This document shows, in pieces, positions 1 through 13,796 of a DNA stretch of 64,000 nucleotides. The stretch is from Eledone cirrhosa. Its lineage: Eukaryota. Position 1 is the stretch's first letter. Each line of letters starts with the position of its first letter. The notes beneath the pieces are model-generated. The model was not told the origin of the DNA. It worked only from the letters and a program-made list of their open reading frames with translations, and searched no databases. The stretch covers positions 26,412,001-26,476,000 of the forward strand of contig OZ024745.1 in the NCBI GenBank assembly GCA_964016885.1, given 5' to 3'. Made by a program: the position numbers and the translations under genes.

Positions 1-10
1 ATATATATAT

Positions 11-752
11 CTGAAGCGGAGAATCATTCAGTTTCCTAGTTAGAATTTTAGTCTACGACTTCAGCTATACCATTTACGTGGTTTTGTCTTTGCGTGCAAT
101 TGTTCTCCACGCTCCACATATGACGTATTATCTTCGTTTTTTTTCGTTCATTGCCAGAGAACGTCTCTATGAACCACCTAAGAGAACATTAGTCTACGAC
201 TTCTTTTATACCATAAACGTTGTTCTGTCTTTGCGTGTAATTGTTTTTCACCGCTCCAAATAATTATTTCTACTCTAGGCACAAGGCCAGCAATTACCCA
301 GTGCATTACTGGTACTTTATTTTATCGACCCCGTAAGGCTGAAAGGCAAAGTCAACATCGGCGAGATTTGAACTAAGATCGTAAAGAGACGTAACTATGC
401 TGGAAAGCATGGCGTCCGACCCTCTACCGATACTGCCAATCCACCGCTCCAAATAATGATGTATTATATTCGTTTTTTCCCCTTCTTTGCCAGGGAACGT
501 TTCCCCGAACCAAAGTATCGTCTTCCTGTCTTCCTCCGGTTGCAACGTTTTGTGAAATACCCACTCCTGCGTTTACAGATTGACTTTGTTAGTTTCAGAA
601 GATGCCGTTAAAGGTGAAAGCAGCGATTATTTGCTTAAACTTTAATCTGTTATTTTAATAAACTTTTGCTCTACGGTTCTTATATATTTTATATATATTT
701 ATCCTTAACGAGCCCTCTTTGGATTTTAGTCTTCAAATTTATTATTATTACT
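11..752 (+). mobile_element. TA-embedded short element, family A (putative Penelope-like pLTR remnant), with an internal ~140 bp duplication and a SINE insertion
   Basis: Reverse-complement homolog at 52530-52931 and partial copies at 4718, 10740, 55010, 57924 and 58073. Ends '...tcttcaaatttattattattac|tatata'. Degenerate hammerhead-like core CAGAAGA-tgccgttaaaggt-GAAA at 596-619. Confidence 0.65.
263..447 (-). mobile_element. tRNA-derived SINE (dominant family of the window)
   Basis: Reverse complement of TGGCAGTATCGG (A-box-like) ... GTTCAAATC (B-box) ... 'actttgcctttcatcc..ggggtcgataaaataaagtaccag'. Flanking direct repeat caccgctccaaataat at 249-264 and 442-457. Confidence 0.9.
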
Positions 753-772
753 ATATATATATATATATAAAG

Positions 773-1070
773 GGTAAATAGTAAAGTACCCCTTCGGGCA
801 CGAATGATCATGTGATTTGCACCTAGAAAGTTAACTTTGAGGCACAAGTCCTGGCAAGGTGGTTTGTAGAAGACCAGCAGTTACCTATGCATACAGGTAT
901 CTCCTCTCTACACCACCGATGTTGTCCATGGGCGAGGCAAAGGCCGATACGGCTGAGTAAATTGGAGCAACATGAAATATAGGCCTCAAGGGCATCGGTC
1001 GTTTAGGGAATCAAACTCACAGCCTCACGTGTGCAAGCTAAACGCTGTAATCACTGAGCCATACGTCATC
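773..1070 (-). mobile_element. Second tRNA-derived SINE family (CORE-like middle, LINE-like tail)
   Basis: Minus strand starts TGGCTCAGTGA (A-box) ... GAGTTTGATTCC (B-box), then 'tttcatgttgctccaatttactcagc'; a related fragment lies near 24385-24420. Confidence 0.65.
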
Positions 1071-1125
1071 ACATACACACACATATATATATATTGTACA
1101 CTATGGGATATATGTAAAGACAATT

Positions 1126-1256
1126 TCCTCTGATGAAGAGTTCCGTGTCCGCCGCTGGCTTTATCAAGATCAATAGATGGTACTCGATAGTCGACTACTT
1201 AGATCGATTTTGCGTTTGCTTTGTTTTTTTGGACAACGAAACTGTACTGTAAGGAA
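1126..1256 (+). ncRNA. Hammerhead-like motif with long stem II insert (degenerate)
   Basis: ttcct-CTGATGA-...gtcc...ggac..-GAAAC-tgtact-GTA-aggaa; stem I is ttcct/aggaa. Confidence 0.4.
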
Positions 1257-1371
1257 GATATGACTTTTTACACCCTAGTGCTGTTAAATATACCTTCCAT
1301 GATTCTCTTCAATGGGTAATAATACCTTACCGGTGCCACTAGAGTAAGGTAATTATTTAACTTATAAATGG

Positions 1372-1500
1372 GGCCCTAACAGGTACTACTGTTCCAGGCC
1401 AGAGCAGACCTGGGAGTGATAACAACTAAGGAGTAACTCCACATTCCACACAGCTCATGAACATCCCACTGGATGCAGTTTAATGCCATACCCAGAACAT
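1372..1500 (-). mobile_element. Dispersed SINE-like repeat fragment
   Basis: GC-richer block ending 'gcagtttaatgccatacccagaac'; this end is locally duplicated at ~1576-1600 between microsatellites. Confidence 0.45.
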
Positions 1501-1525
1501 ACACACACACACATGCACACATATG

Positions 1526-1579
<54 letters not shown>

Positions 1580-1620
1580 ATTTAATGTCATACCCAGGAC
1601 ACACACGCACACGCATATGT

Positions 1621-1702
<82 letters not shown>

Positions 1703-1917
1703 AAATGTGTGGTATTATTGGTACAGTTAGGTATATTTGAAAAAAAGGAAAAGAATGATTTCACTTGTAGTGTTAAAAAATGTTATAATATAATATTATG
1801 AGTTGGTAGATCCAGTAAGTTCATTGTTAACTTCGGTGGGAAGATTTTTAAACTTGGTTAACTTGGGTTGGAGAACTTTCTCGCATTCGTCTGTCTGTGG
1901 CGATTGTCAACATTTCT

Positions 1918-1967
1918 AAAATTAGAACTGGCTGATATATATATATATATCAGCCAGTTCTAATTTT
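1918..1967. repeat. Perfect 50-bp palindrome centred on (AT)8
   Basis: aaaattagaactggctg-(at)8-cagccagttctaatttt. Confidence 0.9.
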
Positions 1968-3308
1968 AATTATCTTTTCATTTTTCAGTCCCGTTATGTG
2001 TTTTTATTGTCATTTTTTCTCACCGTTTTTTTATGTTGAGTACAACCCTTACTACCGAAATTCAAGCCACGACGCAGAATACGCAACTGAAGACCGGAAA
2101 TATGGGTTTGTTTCGTTGGACTTGTTTATTTGCTCCATCCTGTCAGAATGTTTTATTGAAAACATGACTGGTCTTTTTAAAGATATTTCATATTTCCTAA
2201 AAACTAAATTTTGTTTTTTTCGGATATTTCTTATTAGTGTTTATGTAAAGTCGGAACAAATGTTAACGTGGGGTGCAGCGAGATGTCTGACTAAGAGAAG
2301 AAATAACATTACAAAAACTATGATACTCAATATAAATACTGACATGACGTCACAAAAAAACAAACACTGATTAGAAAAAGACAGAAAATAAACTATATTT
2401 AACTATAGATGATAATAGCCTCAGTCTTATGTCCGAAAAAGATGATGTCCGTTACATAAATAACAGCAATAACAACAACATTGTATACACGAACGTCGTT
2501 CGCCAATATATCCAATATATAAGGTTTTGACGTAGCGAAGGGAAAGAAGAAAACAGACTCGTATTCAAAAGGATTGTTTCACCTTGCTCGAATATATATC
2601 TGGTATCCGGCAAGGAGGAAACTAATTTATCTTTGTCGCATATAAGGAGGTCATTTTCTAGGCCTTCAAAAATGAATTGAAAAATGTTCTAATCTTGAGT
2701 AAAACTTTAAGCATAGAACATTGTAAAGCTAATGGGGTCGCCGGCCTGAATTTCGGAAGCGAGATTGAAACGAAAAGACAAGCAGAAAGATTACGTGAAA
2801 CAACCGTCCACAAGCTTTTACTCCAGTAAAAGGGGAAGTGAATACGGAGGCAAAACATATGCTATGATCCCCCCTCCCTCCCACCACCACACACACACAC
2901 TCCGAGTTATAATTGACTTTGTGAAACGCTATTGGAAGGTAATAAGGTCCAGGCAATAAAACATGAGGTGGCCGGGAGGGGTTTGGACACGCAACTATTC
3001 ATTATCTCGCCTCCCCCCACAACGTACCTGATGGTCATTCCACAATTCTGATCCGTTGCGGATTCAAAAGCTAAAAAAACTTGCGTTACGGACGAAAAAC
3101 ACTAATTGTTGCACTTGTCGCAGCAAAAATCCAGGCATCAGCTTTTTGTTCTGATGAGTAGAAAACATATTTGAGTAACGAGCTTAGGCTACTATTGTTG
3201 TAGCAACACCAATGTCATTTCCGATGGTAACCAGAAAATTGACTTCCTCCTGGGTTCTTGAAGCGGAAGATGTTGAGATACCTTATACTATTCCCGAGGG
3301 GAAAGATG

Positions 3309-3463
3309 TTAAAAGTTCTCCTTCAAATAATAACATCCCTTAAAAGTTCTCCTTCAAATAGTAACATCCCTTAAAAGTTCTCCTTCAAATAGTAACATCC
3401 CTTAAAAGTTCTCCTTCAAATAGTAACACCCCTTAAAAGTTCTCCTTCAAATAGTAACATCCC
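3309..3463. repeat. 31-bp minisatellite, 5 copies
   Basis: Unit ttaaaagttctccttcaaatagtaacatccc at 3309, 3340, 3371, 3402 and 3433. Confidence 0.95.
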
Positions 3464-3729
3464 ATTAAAATTAAACGGAGACTGAAGACTGTTATAGATT
3501 AGAAAGTAAAAGACGGAAGATGAATAATTCCACCGTACCACACAAAAAGAAACAGCTCTGCCAGAAAACTTTAAGGTAGACCCTAATTAGTGTCATTTTC
3601 TTAAGTATAAGTTCGTCAAAGCCAGAGACTCTGGAGGAGTCAAACCTACAGAATATATGAATGAACTCGGTTAAAGGATTACAAACGAGGGCTATCGAAG
3701 AATGGACTTTTCGTTTACCCTTTAAATAC

Positions 3730-3792
<63 letters not shown>

Positions 3793-4009
3793 ATATGCCA
3801 ATAATTAAATATTTCTATCCAGAAGACGCGGGTGCTTTTGCGGATAATGTCAACGGATCAATGCTTAAGGAGGATTTCGGTGATTTCCAAGATGTATACA
3901 TTTCAAGGTGTCCCAGCAGGAATATATGTGTACCATGAAAGTGTAAACTGTTGTTTTTTGTTCCGTCTTACTTTACACACATTTTCATTCTATTATTTCT
4001 AACTTAATG

Positions 4010-4226
4010 TTGGATTGGTAAAATCGGTAGAGCGTCGGACAAAATGCTTTACGGCGTTTAATTATGGCCCTTTACATACTGAGTTCATATCCCGCCGAGG
4101 TTAACTTGTTGTCTCATCCTGACAGGATCGATAAAATAAAGCACCAGTAATACACTGGGTTCCATTTAATCCACTTTCCACTCTCCTTCAAATTGCTGGC
4201 CTTTTGCCTAAAGTAGAAACAATAAT
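4010..4226 (+). mobile_element. tRNA-derived SINE, older long-tail variant
   Basis: ggattggtaaaatcggtagagcgtcggac...gagttcatatcccgccgagg...gataaaataaagcaccag...gcctaaagtagaaacaat. Confidence 0.85.
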
Positions 4227-4717
4227 TTCTAACTTGCAATGTATTGGTTTTCAGAAAACAATTTTAGACACATAATTCCCAGCGTGTTGGTTATATGTTG
4301 TAAAGTAACCAGGAGCAACTACATCATATATGATGTTGATATTGTTATAGGCTGTTGTTTTCGTGTTGTTGAACAGCTTAGACTAGTATATTGTTAAAGT
4401 ATCTTTTTGTGACTAGATTTTGTTTAAATTGACTTTTAAGATATTTCTCAAAAGGGATTTCACTTGAGACATGTTATGTCTTTAGGCCCCGTGCATATAA
4501 AGTCATCTGTTGGTACTACACATTCAAATACACACAAACGTACCTATCCACATACATACATACATACATACATACATACATACATACATACATACATACA
4601 TACATACATACATACATACATACACCCATACGTTCTCACACACACATACACACACACATGTATGTATGTATGTATATATATTAATATATATATATATTAA
4701 TATAATATATATATATA

Positions 4718-4850
4718 TTAAAATAAAAGATTAAAGTTTAAGCAAAGAATCGCTAATCTATTATTTTAATAAATATTTGGTCTACAGTTTTTATATATTT
4801 ATATATATATATTATCCTTTTCGGATTTTAGACTTCACATTTAGTATTAA

Positions 4851-4855
<5 letters not shown>
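4718..4855. mobile_element. Family A fragment with internal inversion, inside (TA)n
   Basis: 'ttaaaataaaagattaaagtttaagcaaagaatcgct' in one orientation is joined to 'aatctattattttaataaa...ggattttagacttcac' in the opposite orientation. Confidence 0.7.
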
Positions 4856-4927
<72 letters not shown>

Positions 4928-5369
4928 AGCATTCATACACACATTTACATAAACATTATATGTCTGCACACACAGACATATAATCATAAGTATATATAAA
5001 TATATGTATATATGTATCTGTGTGTGTGCGTATGAATCAGAAATATGTAAATATATATATATATATATGTGCCTGTGTGTACTAATATCCAGTTATATAT
5101 CTGAAGATATTCTTATGTAACGTGTTTACGGTGGCTAATGCTATCTGTAAATAGAGAGATTATATCAGGTGGCCGAGATGGGTTTTGTGAGATGAATGGT
5201 GATTGATGAGTGATGAAACATTGGCAATATGAAGTGACACACCTACACAAACACTAGCTTAGAGATAGTATTATAGTTGATACTAAATGGACCCCATTGA
5301 CAAATTTAGCAACGATAAAACTTAACTATTTCTACTATGTTTGTGTTCGTGAAACCAATGTTATCGTAC

Positions 5370-5560
5370 GTGGATTGGCAGTATCGGTAGAGGGTCGGAC
5401 GCCATGCTTTGGCGCATAGAGTTACGCCCCTTGCCATTCTGAGTTCAAATCGCGCCAAGGTTAAACTTTGCCTTTCGTCCTTACGGGGTCGATAAAATAA
5501 AGTACCAGTAATGTACTGGGTAATTGCTAGGTTATTCTGCCAAAAGTAGAAACAATTATT
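5370..5560 (+). mobile_element. tRNA-derived SINE
   Basis: Full head, body and tail match to the other copies. Confidence 0.9.
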
Positions 5561-5624
5561 AGAAAAACATTTCTATACACACACGCACACATACGCGTGC
5601 ATATACATATATATGTATACATAT

Positions 5625-5659
<35 letters not shown>

Positions 5660-5683
5660 CACATATATATATATACATAGATT

Positions 5684-5757
<74 letters not shown>

Positions 5758-5971
5758 AATCTATGTATATATATATATGTGTGTGTGTGTGTGTATTATA
5801 TGTATATATATATATGTATATTTATGTGTATATATATAATATTTATATATATAAAAATTATATATATGAATATGTATATATATAGATAATATATTATATG
5901 CATGTATATGTATATATATAATTATATATCGTATATGCATATATATATATGTATATCTATCTATCTATCTA

Positions 5972-6004
<33 letters not shown>

Positions 6005-6407
6005 GTTTGTGTGTATGTGTGTGCGCGTGCGTGTGCGTGTGTGTGTGTGTGTGTATGGGTGTGGGTGTACATATTTACTCATATAAAGACACACACACAC
6101 ATATAAGTATATATGAGATATAAAACACTAAGCCCTTTGCCCTTTCCGTGTTTATACAAGCTGAATATATGTAGAAATCTGTACAGCTCGCAACTAATTA
6201 ATCTCTGTCAACGCACACAGAGATACGTACACACTCAGATTCACTCACAGTCACAAAAACAAATCCATGCTTTCCAATATGTATACACTTATATACATAA
6301 TTATATGATCATACACAAACAACAAGGACAAAGACCTCATTGTGACAGATTGAAAAAAAAAATGTTCTCATTGCGTAGATTATAGCGTGATTACAGAATT
6401 TCATAGA

Positions 6408-6455
<48 letters not shown>

Positions 6456-6611
6456 CATACATATATGGATATCTCTCCTCCCCTCTTTCTATATACATAT
6501 ATAACATATATATATATAACATACATATATATATATAAGTGTATGTGTGTGCGTGTGTGTGTGTGTGTGTGTGTGCGTGTCTGTGTGTGTGTGGATGCGT
6601 GTCTGTATATA

Positions 6612-6658
<47 letters not shown>

Positions 6659-8199
6659 GTTTAATTTATCAAAACTTTCACGTTAAATTCGTGGTTTCGC
6701 TCTCCCTAACTCTCGGAAATGTCATTATATGTTAGTTTTGTTATTGATGCTACAACAGATATTGTTTACTAACGGTATTCTAGCATTCTTGTTATTCTTG
6801 TTATTACTATTGTTACTTTAGTGATGATGATGATTATATTGGTGATGGGAGTGGTGATGATGGTGATGTTGATGCCAACGATGATAGTAATGATGAACAT
6901 GATTATTATGACAAAGTCAAGGACGCTGGTTAAGATCATCTTACTCTTTACCTTCTCCATGATAGTTTTCCTTATTTCTCCTACCCATAGTTACCAAAAC
7001 CCTCTAAATTATATTACATTCCAAAGACACCACAATCTGGCTTGCTCACACCAAATCTTACATTTGTAAAGTGATAATAGCGTCTGTAAAGAGAGGAAAT
7101 AGCACAATATAGAAACTTCACTCTTATTCTATGGATTTTCCGCATAACATAATCCCTGAGAGATATAACTTACGAAACATATTTGGCAAATTCACTTAAT
7201 TACTGGAAATAAAAAGTTTATGAATAGCTGAAGATTAAAGATCGCATCTGAAGTTATTGATTTGAGAGATAGAAGGTAACCATACATTTTCATCAAGCCT
7301 ATACTATTATTATTGCATATGTTTATTATTGGTAATCCTTTAGCTCCACGCTTGTTTCTAAGTTTATTTTGAATTTTTGGTTCTATTTGTATCAGAAATT
7401 GATTACAGACAATTGAATTGATCAAAACTAGATAATGTCATAACCATATCTTGTGACACCAAGAGATTATTGAACGCAACACCTGACAACAGAATGATTC
7501 TAAAATGATCTGACATTTAGGAAAAGAACTTGAATGGGGGATGCACACAAAGAAAAACGAAAGAATATTTTTTTTCTTTTATGCATTATATCAGATTGCA
7601 GCTGGGAAAAGCTGCAATAGCAAGAAAGAGAACAGAGAGTTAAGAAAGATATAAATTGAGATTAATGATATGTTTATGTGGGAATGACAATGAAAATAAC
7701 GTTTAAAGAAAATCATGAGAAAGTGAAATTGTCTTGATTTCATCAGATAATGATAATTCATATCCACCCAATGTGACATTCATTTGAACCCCGGAATTAT
7801 TTCTTTTTATGTTTATATCGTTGATGTTGCACTTTTTTTGTCTACTTAAAGCTTTTATTTTCTTTTCGCATTAAGTTGTTTTTTTTAACAAATATGTTTT
7901 TCCACTGCAGACAAACTAGGTCAAAATTAGTCTAAAAATATGTTTTATTTTAACATTATGTAATAATTTGATTATTTATTTATTTAAAGCCTAGAAAACA
8001 AGGCGTCTATAAAAATAGTCTGAGTATTGTGCAACATATAATGGAGAAATCCTTTCTTCGTAGAAGGGAAAGGTTTATATGCAAAACAAAACAAGTGGTG
8101 GACGTAGTTGTTTCGTCTTAAATGATTATTGTTGTTTAGACTTAAATGATTGAGTAGAAATATGATGAAAAACATTCCATTCTCCACCATATATTTTTC

Positions 8200-9010
8200 A
8201 GGCATACGACTACATCTAGAACTACATTAGCAATATGTCCTTCCTTTTTTATGGCGGTTAGGTGTTATATCAAGGAGATTTAACTGATTGCTATTTCGTG
8301 ACGAGTTAGCGACTTTGTCGTTAAAACTCGTATTGCTTTTAGCTGCAGGTAACACGATTTTAATTTTGGATATATTTGTTCCAGACACTGAGATTCTTGC
8401 TAAGGCAAACGTCATATCTATTCAAGCTATGCTTATTAGAAGTCTGTTAAGGTCACACGATTCTTAAGGGTGACGGAAGCATCCCCAAGAAAATGTTTTA
8501 TGTTGAACTGAAGCTGGGAAAAATGATAAGTAGTAAGCCAAGGTGGAGATACAGAGGCGCTCTAAACGTGAACTTCAAATACCTTAACATAAACTACAAA
8601 AATCTTGAATCATATGCAACAGATAGAGTGGCTTGGAGAAAATCCATTTTGAATGGAGCTAAAATATTTGAAATGGAGAGGAGTAAAACATATATAACTG
8701 AAATGAAAAATGCGGAAGAATGAGACCAACAGTAATAATGTTTCTACTTTTGGCACAAGGCCAGCAATTACCCAGTGCATTACTGGTACTTCATTTTATC
8801 GACCCCATAAGAATGAAAGGCAAAGTTAACCTCGGCGGGATTTGAACTCAGACCATAAAGGACCGTAAATCTATGCTGCAAACCATGGTGTCCGACGCTC
8901 TACTGATACTGATAATGATAGATATCATCCAGCGTTGCTTTTCAAATGCCCTGTGTACACAAAAGTGTGCCTTTTGAACGATGGCTTAACGTGACACCAA
9001 CGAGAACATA
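8200..9010 (+). pseudogene. Decayed RTE-clade LINE ORF C-terminus, interrupted by a SINE
   Basis: Translates (with frameshifts) VPDTEILAKANVISIQAML...DGSIPKKMFYVELKLG...ATDRVAWRKSILNGAKIFE, typical of the RTE post-RT region. After the SINE it reads FKCPVYTKVC...GLT*HQREH, a C2H2-like finger. Confidence 0.75.
8735..8912 (-). mobile_element. tRNA-derived SINE inserted in the RTE remnant
   Basis: Reverse-complement match to the family consensus. Confidence 0.88.
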
Positions 9011-9280
9011 ATGGTAAAGTCCAAGTGGACTATTCAAACTTCGTTGCAGAGAATCAGTTCTAGTCCCATGTTTTTCAAATTAGGGGGAGGATTGAACCGA
9101 ACCCAATAAGCAAACCCAAAGTATAAACAAGAACGAAATGAGAATTAATTGTACAATTTATGGACGGGTGTTTCACAGGATTTCAGTCTCAAAAGCCTTT
9201 TGAGATCTCATGCCAGGAAAGAACAAACATAAAGTGCAAGAAATGGTCAAGGGTCAAGCATTTTATGGCGACCTTCATAT

Positions 9281-9320
<40 letters not shown>

Positions 9321-9324
<4 letters not shown>

Positions 9325-9752
9325 TAAATCATGTCTTTAGAATCATCAGATAAAATATATACTATTTCTTCTTCTAATTAGCATAAGTAACAATATAAAA
9401 ATCAATTAGATCAAGCTATAAGAAGAAAGGCTTTTTCGAGAAATCTCCGACAAATAACCGAACGTAGCCTCTTCGCGGTGGCCCCGATCGAATATTTATC
9501 CAACATTTCGACAGCATGTAGAAACTGACTAAATATATCATCAACCATACACAATTAGGTGTAAAATTAAACTTATTAAACATACCGTAATTATATCTCT
9601 ACCATGGTTTATTATATTGTTACTTATGCTAATTAGAAGAAGAAATAGTATATATTTTATCTGATGATTCTAAAGACATGATTTATGATATATTGCTCTG
9701 ATTTTTTAATTTATTAATTCTTCATAGAGCTTATAAGTGACCAGTTGCAACA
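9321..9752 (+). mobile_element. TA-flanked fold-back element with ~78 bp inverted arms (9321-9398 / 9612-9690) containing CTGATGA
   Basis: atcataaatcatgtctttagaatcatcagataaaat... is the reverse complement of ...attttatCTGATGAttctaaagacatgatttatgat; both ends abut (TA)n. Confidence 0.7.
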
Positions 9753-9785
9753 TATATATATCTATAACTTTATGTATATGTTAAC

Positions 9786-9865
<80 letters not shown>

Positions 9866-10130
9866 GGAGGCTTAGTAAAATCGAATCTTTGGCGGTGTGT
9901 AAGCAAATTCGACCTACGATATGAATGAGTTAGCAAAGCACTCGACAATGTAGGTCCTCAGAGTAATAACATACGTTTAAATAGCTTGACAAATTGAACA
10001 TTGTGGTAGGCAAAATCTAACACACAATACCAAAGTAACGAAAGAACTAACATATATATATATATTATTTATATGAATGTATATATATATATATTATTTA
10101 TATGAATGAATGGATATGTATGTATACATT

Positions 10131-10169
<39 letters not shown>

Positions 10170-10175
<6 letters not shown>

Positions 10176-10384
10176 GTGAGGGTTTTTTTACAAAATGAAA
10201 AATAACCGAGGTGTCCTACACGAGTGAAAGTATAAAGAAAAAGAGATGAAATCGAAAATGCAACTGGAGTCTTATTTTTCTTTTAAATATATATATTTAT
10301 TTGGTTCCTTTACCGGTTTCGCAGTTCTTCTGCTTTTCAAAAGGTGAGTTAAGACTCCAGTTGCATTTTCGATTTCATCTCTTT

Positions 10385-10388
<4 letters not shown>
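10170..10388 (-). mobile_element. TA-flanked fold-back element, family D, with a minimal hammerhead variant
   Basis: 39-bp inverted arms at 10236-10274 and 10350-10388. Minus strand 10307-10344 reads cctt-TTGAAAA-gcag aagaa ctgc-GAAAC-CG-GTA-aagg. Second copy at 52289-52500. Confidence 0.7.
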
Positions 10389-10426
<38 letters not shown>

Positions 10427-10674
10427 TGAAAAGGTGTATGTTTATATGGAATAGTGTATCCTGAAAGGTTGTCCTTTCGAAAGCAGACAATTATTTCTGA
10501 TTTTTAAATATTTTAATAATAGTGGTGTGCATAGAAACATCTTCACACTAACATATGACTATATATATATAATACGGATGTTTATGCACGTATCTACATA
10601 TTTGAAAGTTTAACCAGACACACACACTACACACACAAACACACACACACACACACACACACATACACACACAA

Positions 10675-11022
<348 letters not shown>

Positions 11023-11192
11023 CGTTTCTGAATTTGTTTAGCAAAAACTTATAAAGTTATAAATTTATTATAAATTTATTATAATAAATTGAAGTGAAAG
11101 CAACTGGTGAGTGTGTTTCTTATTGGCAACATGACCCTCCCAAAGTATAACAATATATATCTATATATATATATATACATATATATATATAA

Positions 11193-11315
<123 letters not shown>

Positions 11316-11854
11316 ATATATATATGTAATTATATATATATATGTGTCTATGTGTGTGTGTAAATATATTTTTATGCATGTGCTGGAAAATATTTTCCTC
11401 GACTCCCACAAACAAATTTTACTACACACAAATATAAACTATTTAAAATCAGAAATAATTGACTGCGTTCGACAAGACAACATTTTAGCATACACTATTC
11501 CATATATACGTCCACTATATCAACCCTTTGTATACTTATTTATCGACACTTATTTAGACACATCCGTGTTTCTCCATTCAGTGAATCAAACAATAAATGT
11601 ACACAGGCTGATTTATGTCAACGTTATTTACGCTAAATTTATTTAGATGGAGTCTGTTGGTAGCTTTCTTTTGTAAGCGTCTATCACCTCTAAACACACA
11701 CAGACACACACACAGACACACACACAAACACGCACGCACACACACAATCACACACTACACACACGCACAACGCACTTCACACTACACACATACACACAAA
11801 GGCCCAAACGTGTTTATATGTATTTCCTCTGTGCGACGTGCACACATTGTTTTT

Positions 11855-11907
<53 letters not shown>

Positions 11908-11908
11908 A

Positions 11909-11983
<75 letters not shown>

Positions 11984-12154
11984 ATACACACACACATACA
12001 CACATATATATATGTATATATTACTATAAGCTGAAACTTACTTGATACATATATATACGCGAAATATGATAGAAAAGTGAAAGAATAACCTGTGTTCCAC
12101 TACGTATAATAACATGTTTGTACGCCTCACACACACACAGACACACACATACAA

Positions 12155-12230
<76 letters not shown>

Positions 12231-12654
12231 TTAGAAATAAGTTGGGGGCGAAGCAATGGACGAAACTCAAGACAAAACCTTCTCATCAGTCGCACTCTGG
12301 GGCTCGTTGTGATTTCTGTGTATTTTAAAATTAATTTAATAAGATCGGGACATTCATTAAAATTGATGATTTAAAGGTTACATCGCCTACGTTCACACTT
12401 TGATCGTTCTCTTTCTTTCTCTCTGCTCGTTGTGCTGTATAATTAGGACTGACATCAAAATTGTATTTCTTTTACTTCTTCTGCGCATTGTTTCTCTTCT
12501 AGTCTAATTAATATATGGCCTTGTTTCCATCTTTTCTTCCCAGTTACAACACGTTGGTTAGTTGCATATTTTCTTCTTTTTTTGTTTGTTAATAGTCGAA
12601 AGACCAATCGTTCTGTCATGTTCCTATCTGTTAGTGTCCTACGTGCATTAGAGC

Positions 12655-12750
12655 TAATGATACCGAAAAGTATACCGTAAAGGGACGTAAATATGCTAGA
12701 AAGCATGGTGTCCAACCCTCTACTGATACTGCCAATTCACCCCCACCCCT
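12655..12750 (-). mobile_element. SINE 5' fragment
   Basis: aagcatggtgtccaaccctctactgatactgccaattcacc. Confidence 0.7.
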
Positions 12751-13161
12751 ATAATGTCTAGTATTAATATAAGTCTACGAAAAGAGATATTTGTAATTTC
12801 TTATAAAATTAAAAAAAAACTCTCTAAATCTCTCCCAGTCCACCCGCGACACTCGCCTGAAATCTTTCACAATGGATTCAAGAAATTATAATTCACTATA
12901 TAATTAAAACAAACATAACTCTGTGAATAACCTACACATAATGAATTTTAGTTCATTTAAGAGAGTTGTCTGAGCACTTAAAGTGCGCAATATTTCTATA
13001 GGTAGTCCATGGTATGATATTAGGACTATGGGAATTAACAAATGAAGACTGAAGCAAGAAATATAACATATAAGGAAAATATAGGATATTTGGAAAAGAT
13101 GTACATCTCTCCCGCCTTTTTCTCTCTCTCCTTTTCTCTTTCTCTCTCTCTCCTTCTTTCT

Positions 13162-13220
<59 letters not shown>

Positions 13221-13262
13221 ATAAGAAAAGGAGAATCAGTGCTGCGACGCATAAGATTTATT

Positions 13263-13339
13263 AGACATATTACAATCGTTTCTCTGGCGACCAGCTCGAG
13301 GCACCTGACACTGATATCGCAAGATCCTCAGATATGTCT
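13263..13339 (-). ncRNA. Type I hammerhead ribozyme motif in a TA-flanked insert (13218-13367)
   Basis: Minus strand: agacatat-CTGAGGA-tct...aga-GAAAC-gatt-GTA-atatgtct-AATAAA, with an 8-bp stem I. Confidence 0.7.
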
Positions 13340-13363
13340 CGATTCTACAAAGCAGAGTTTCCA

Positions 13364-13406
<43 letters not shown>

Positions 13407-13503
13407 CGACAGAGGTAGAAACTACTAAATATTCGGTCGTCCTCTTGTCTCTGATTTTCAGCCCTATAGATTTTATCTGTTATATTCCTTTGTTATATTT
13501 TGA

Positions 13504-13567
13504 ATACCTGATGATGTCACCGGTTTCATACTGAACCCGGTCATTGAAATGATCATAGTATAATAAA
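13504..13567 (+). ncRNA. Type I hammerhead ribozyme motif with palindromic loop 3
   Basis: atac-CTGATGA-(accgg..ttca tac tgaa..ccggt stem II)-GAAAT-GATC-ATA-gtat-AATAAA. Confidence 0.7.
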
Positions 13568-13745
13568 CCTTTCAAGGATTTACACCAGTCTAGCCTCTTG
13601 TTATTTTATAATAATTAACTCCGTACTCGCACCACCAACTACACAAACGAAGACGGGTGAGTTGCATTACGTTGAGTGCTCTCCATAATATTACATCAAG
13701 ATTGACCATACGAGGTTGACCTATCCAGTGCTGAACCATCAAATT

Positions 13746-13791
<46 letters not shown>

Positions 13792-13796
<5 letters not shown>

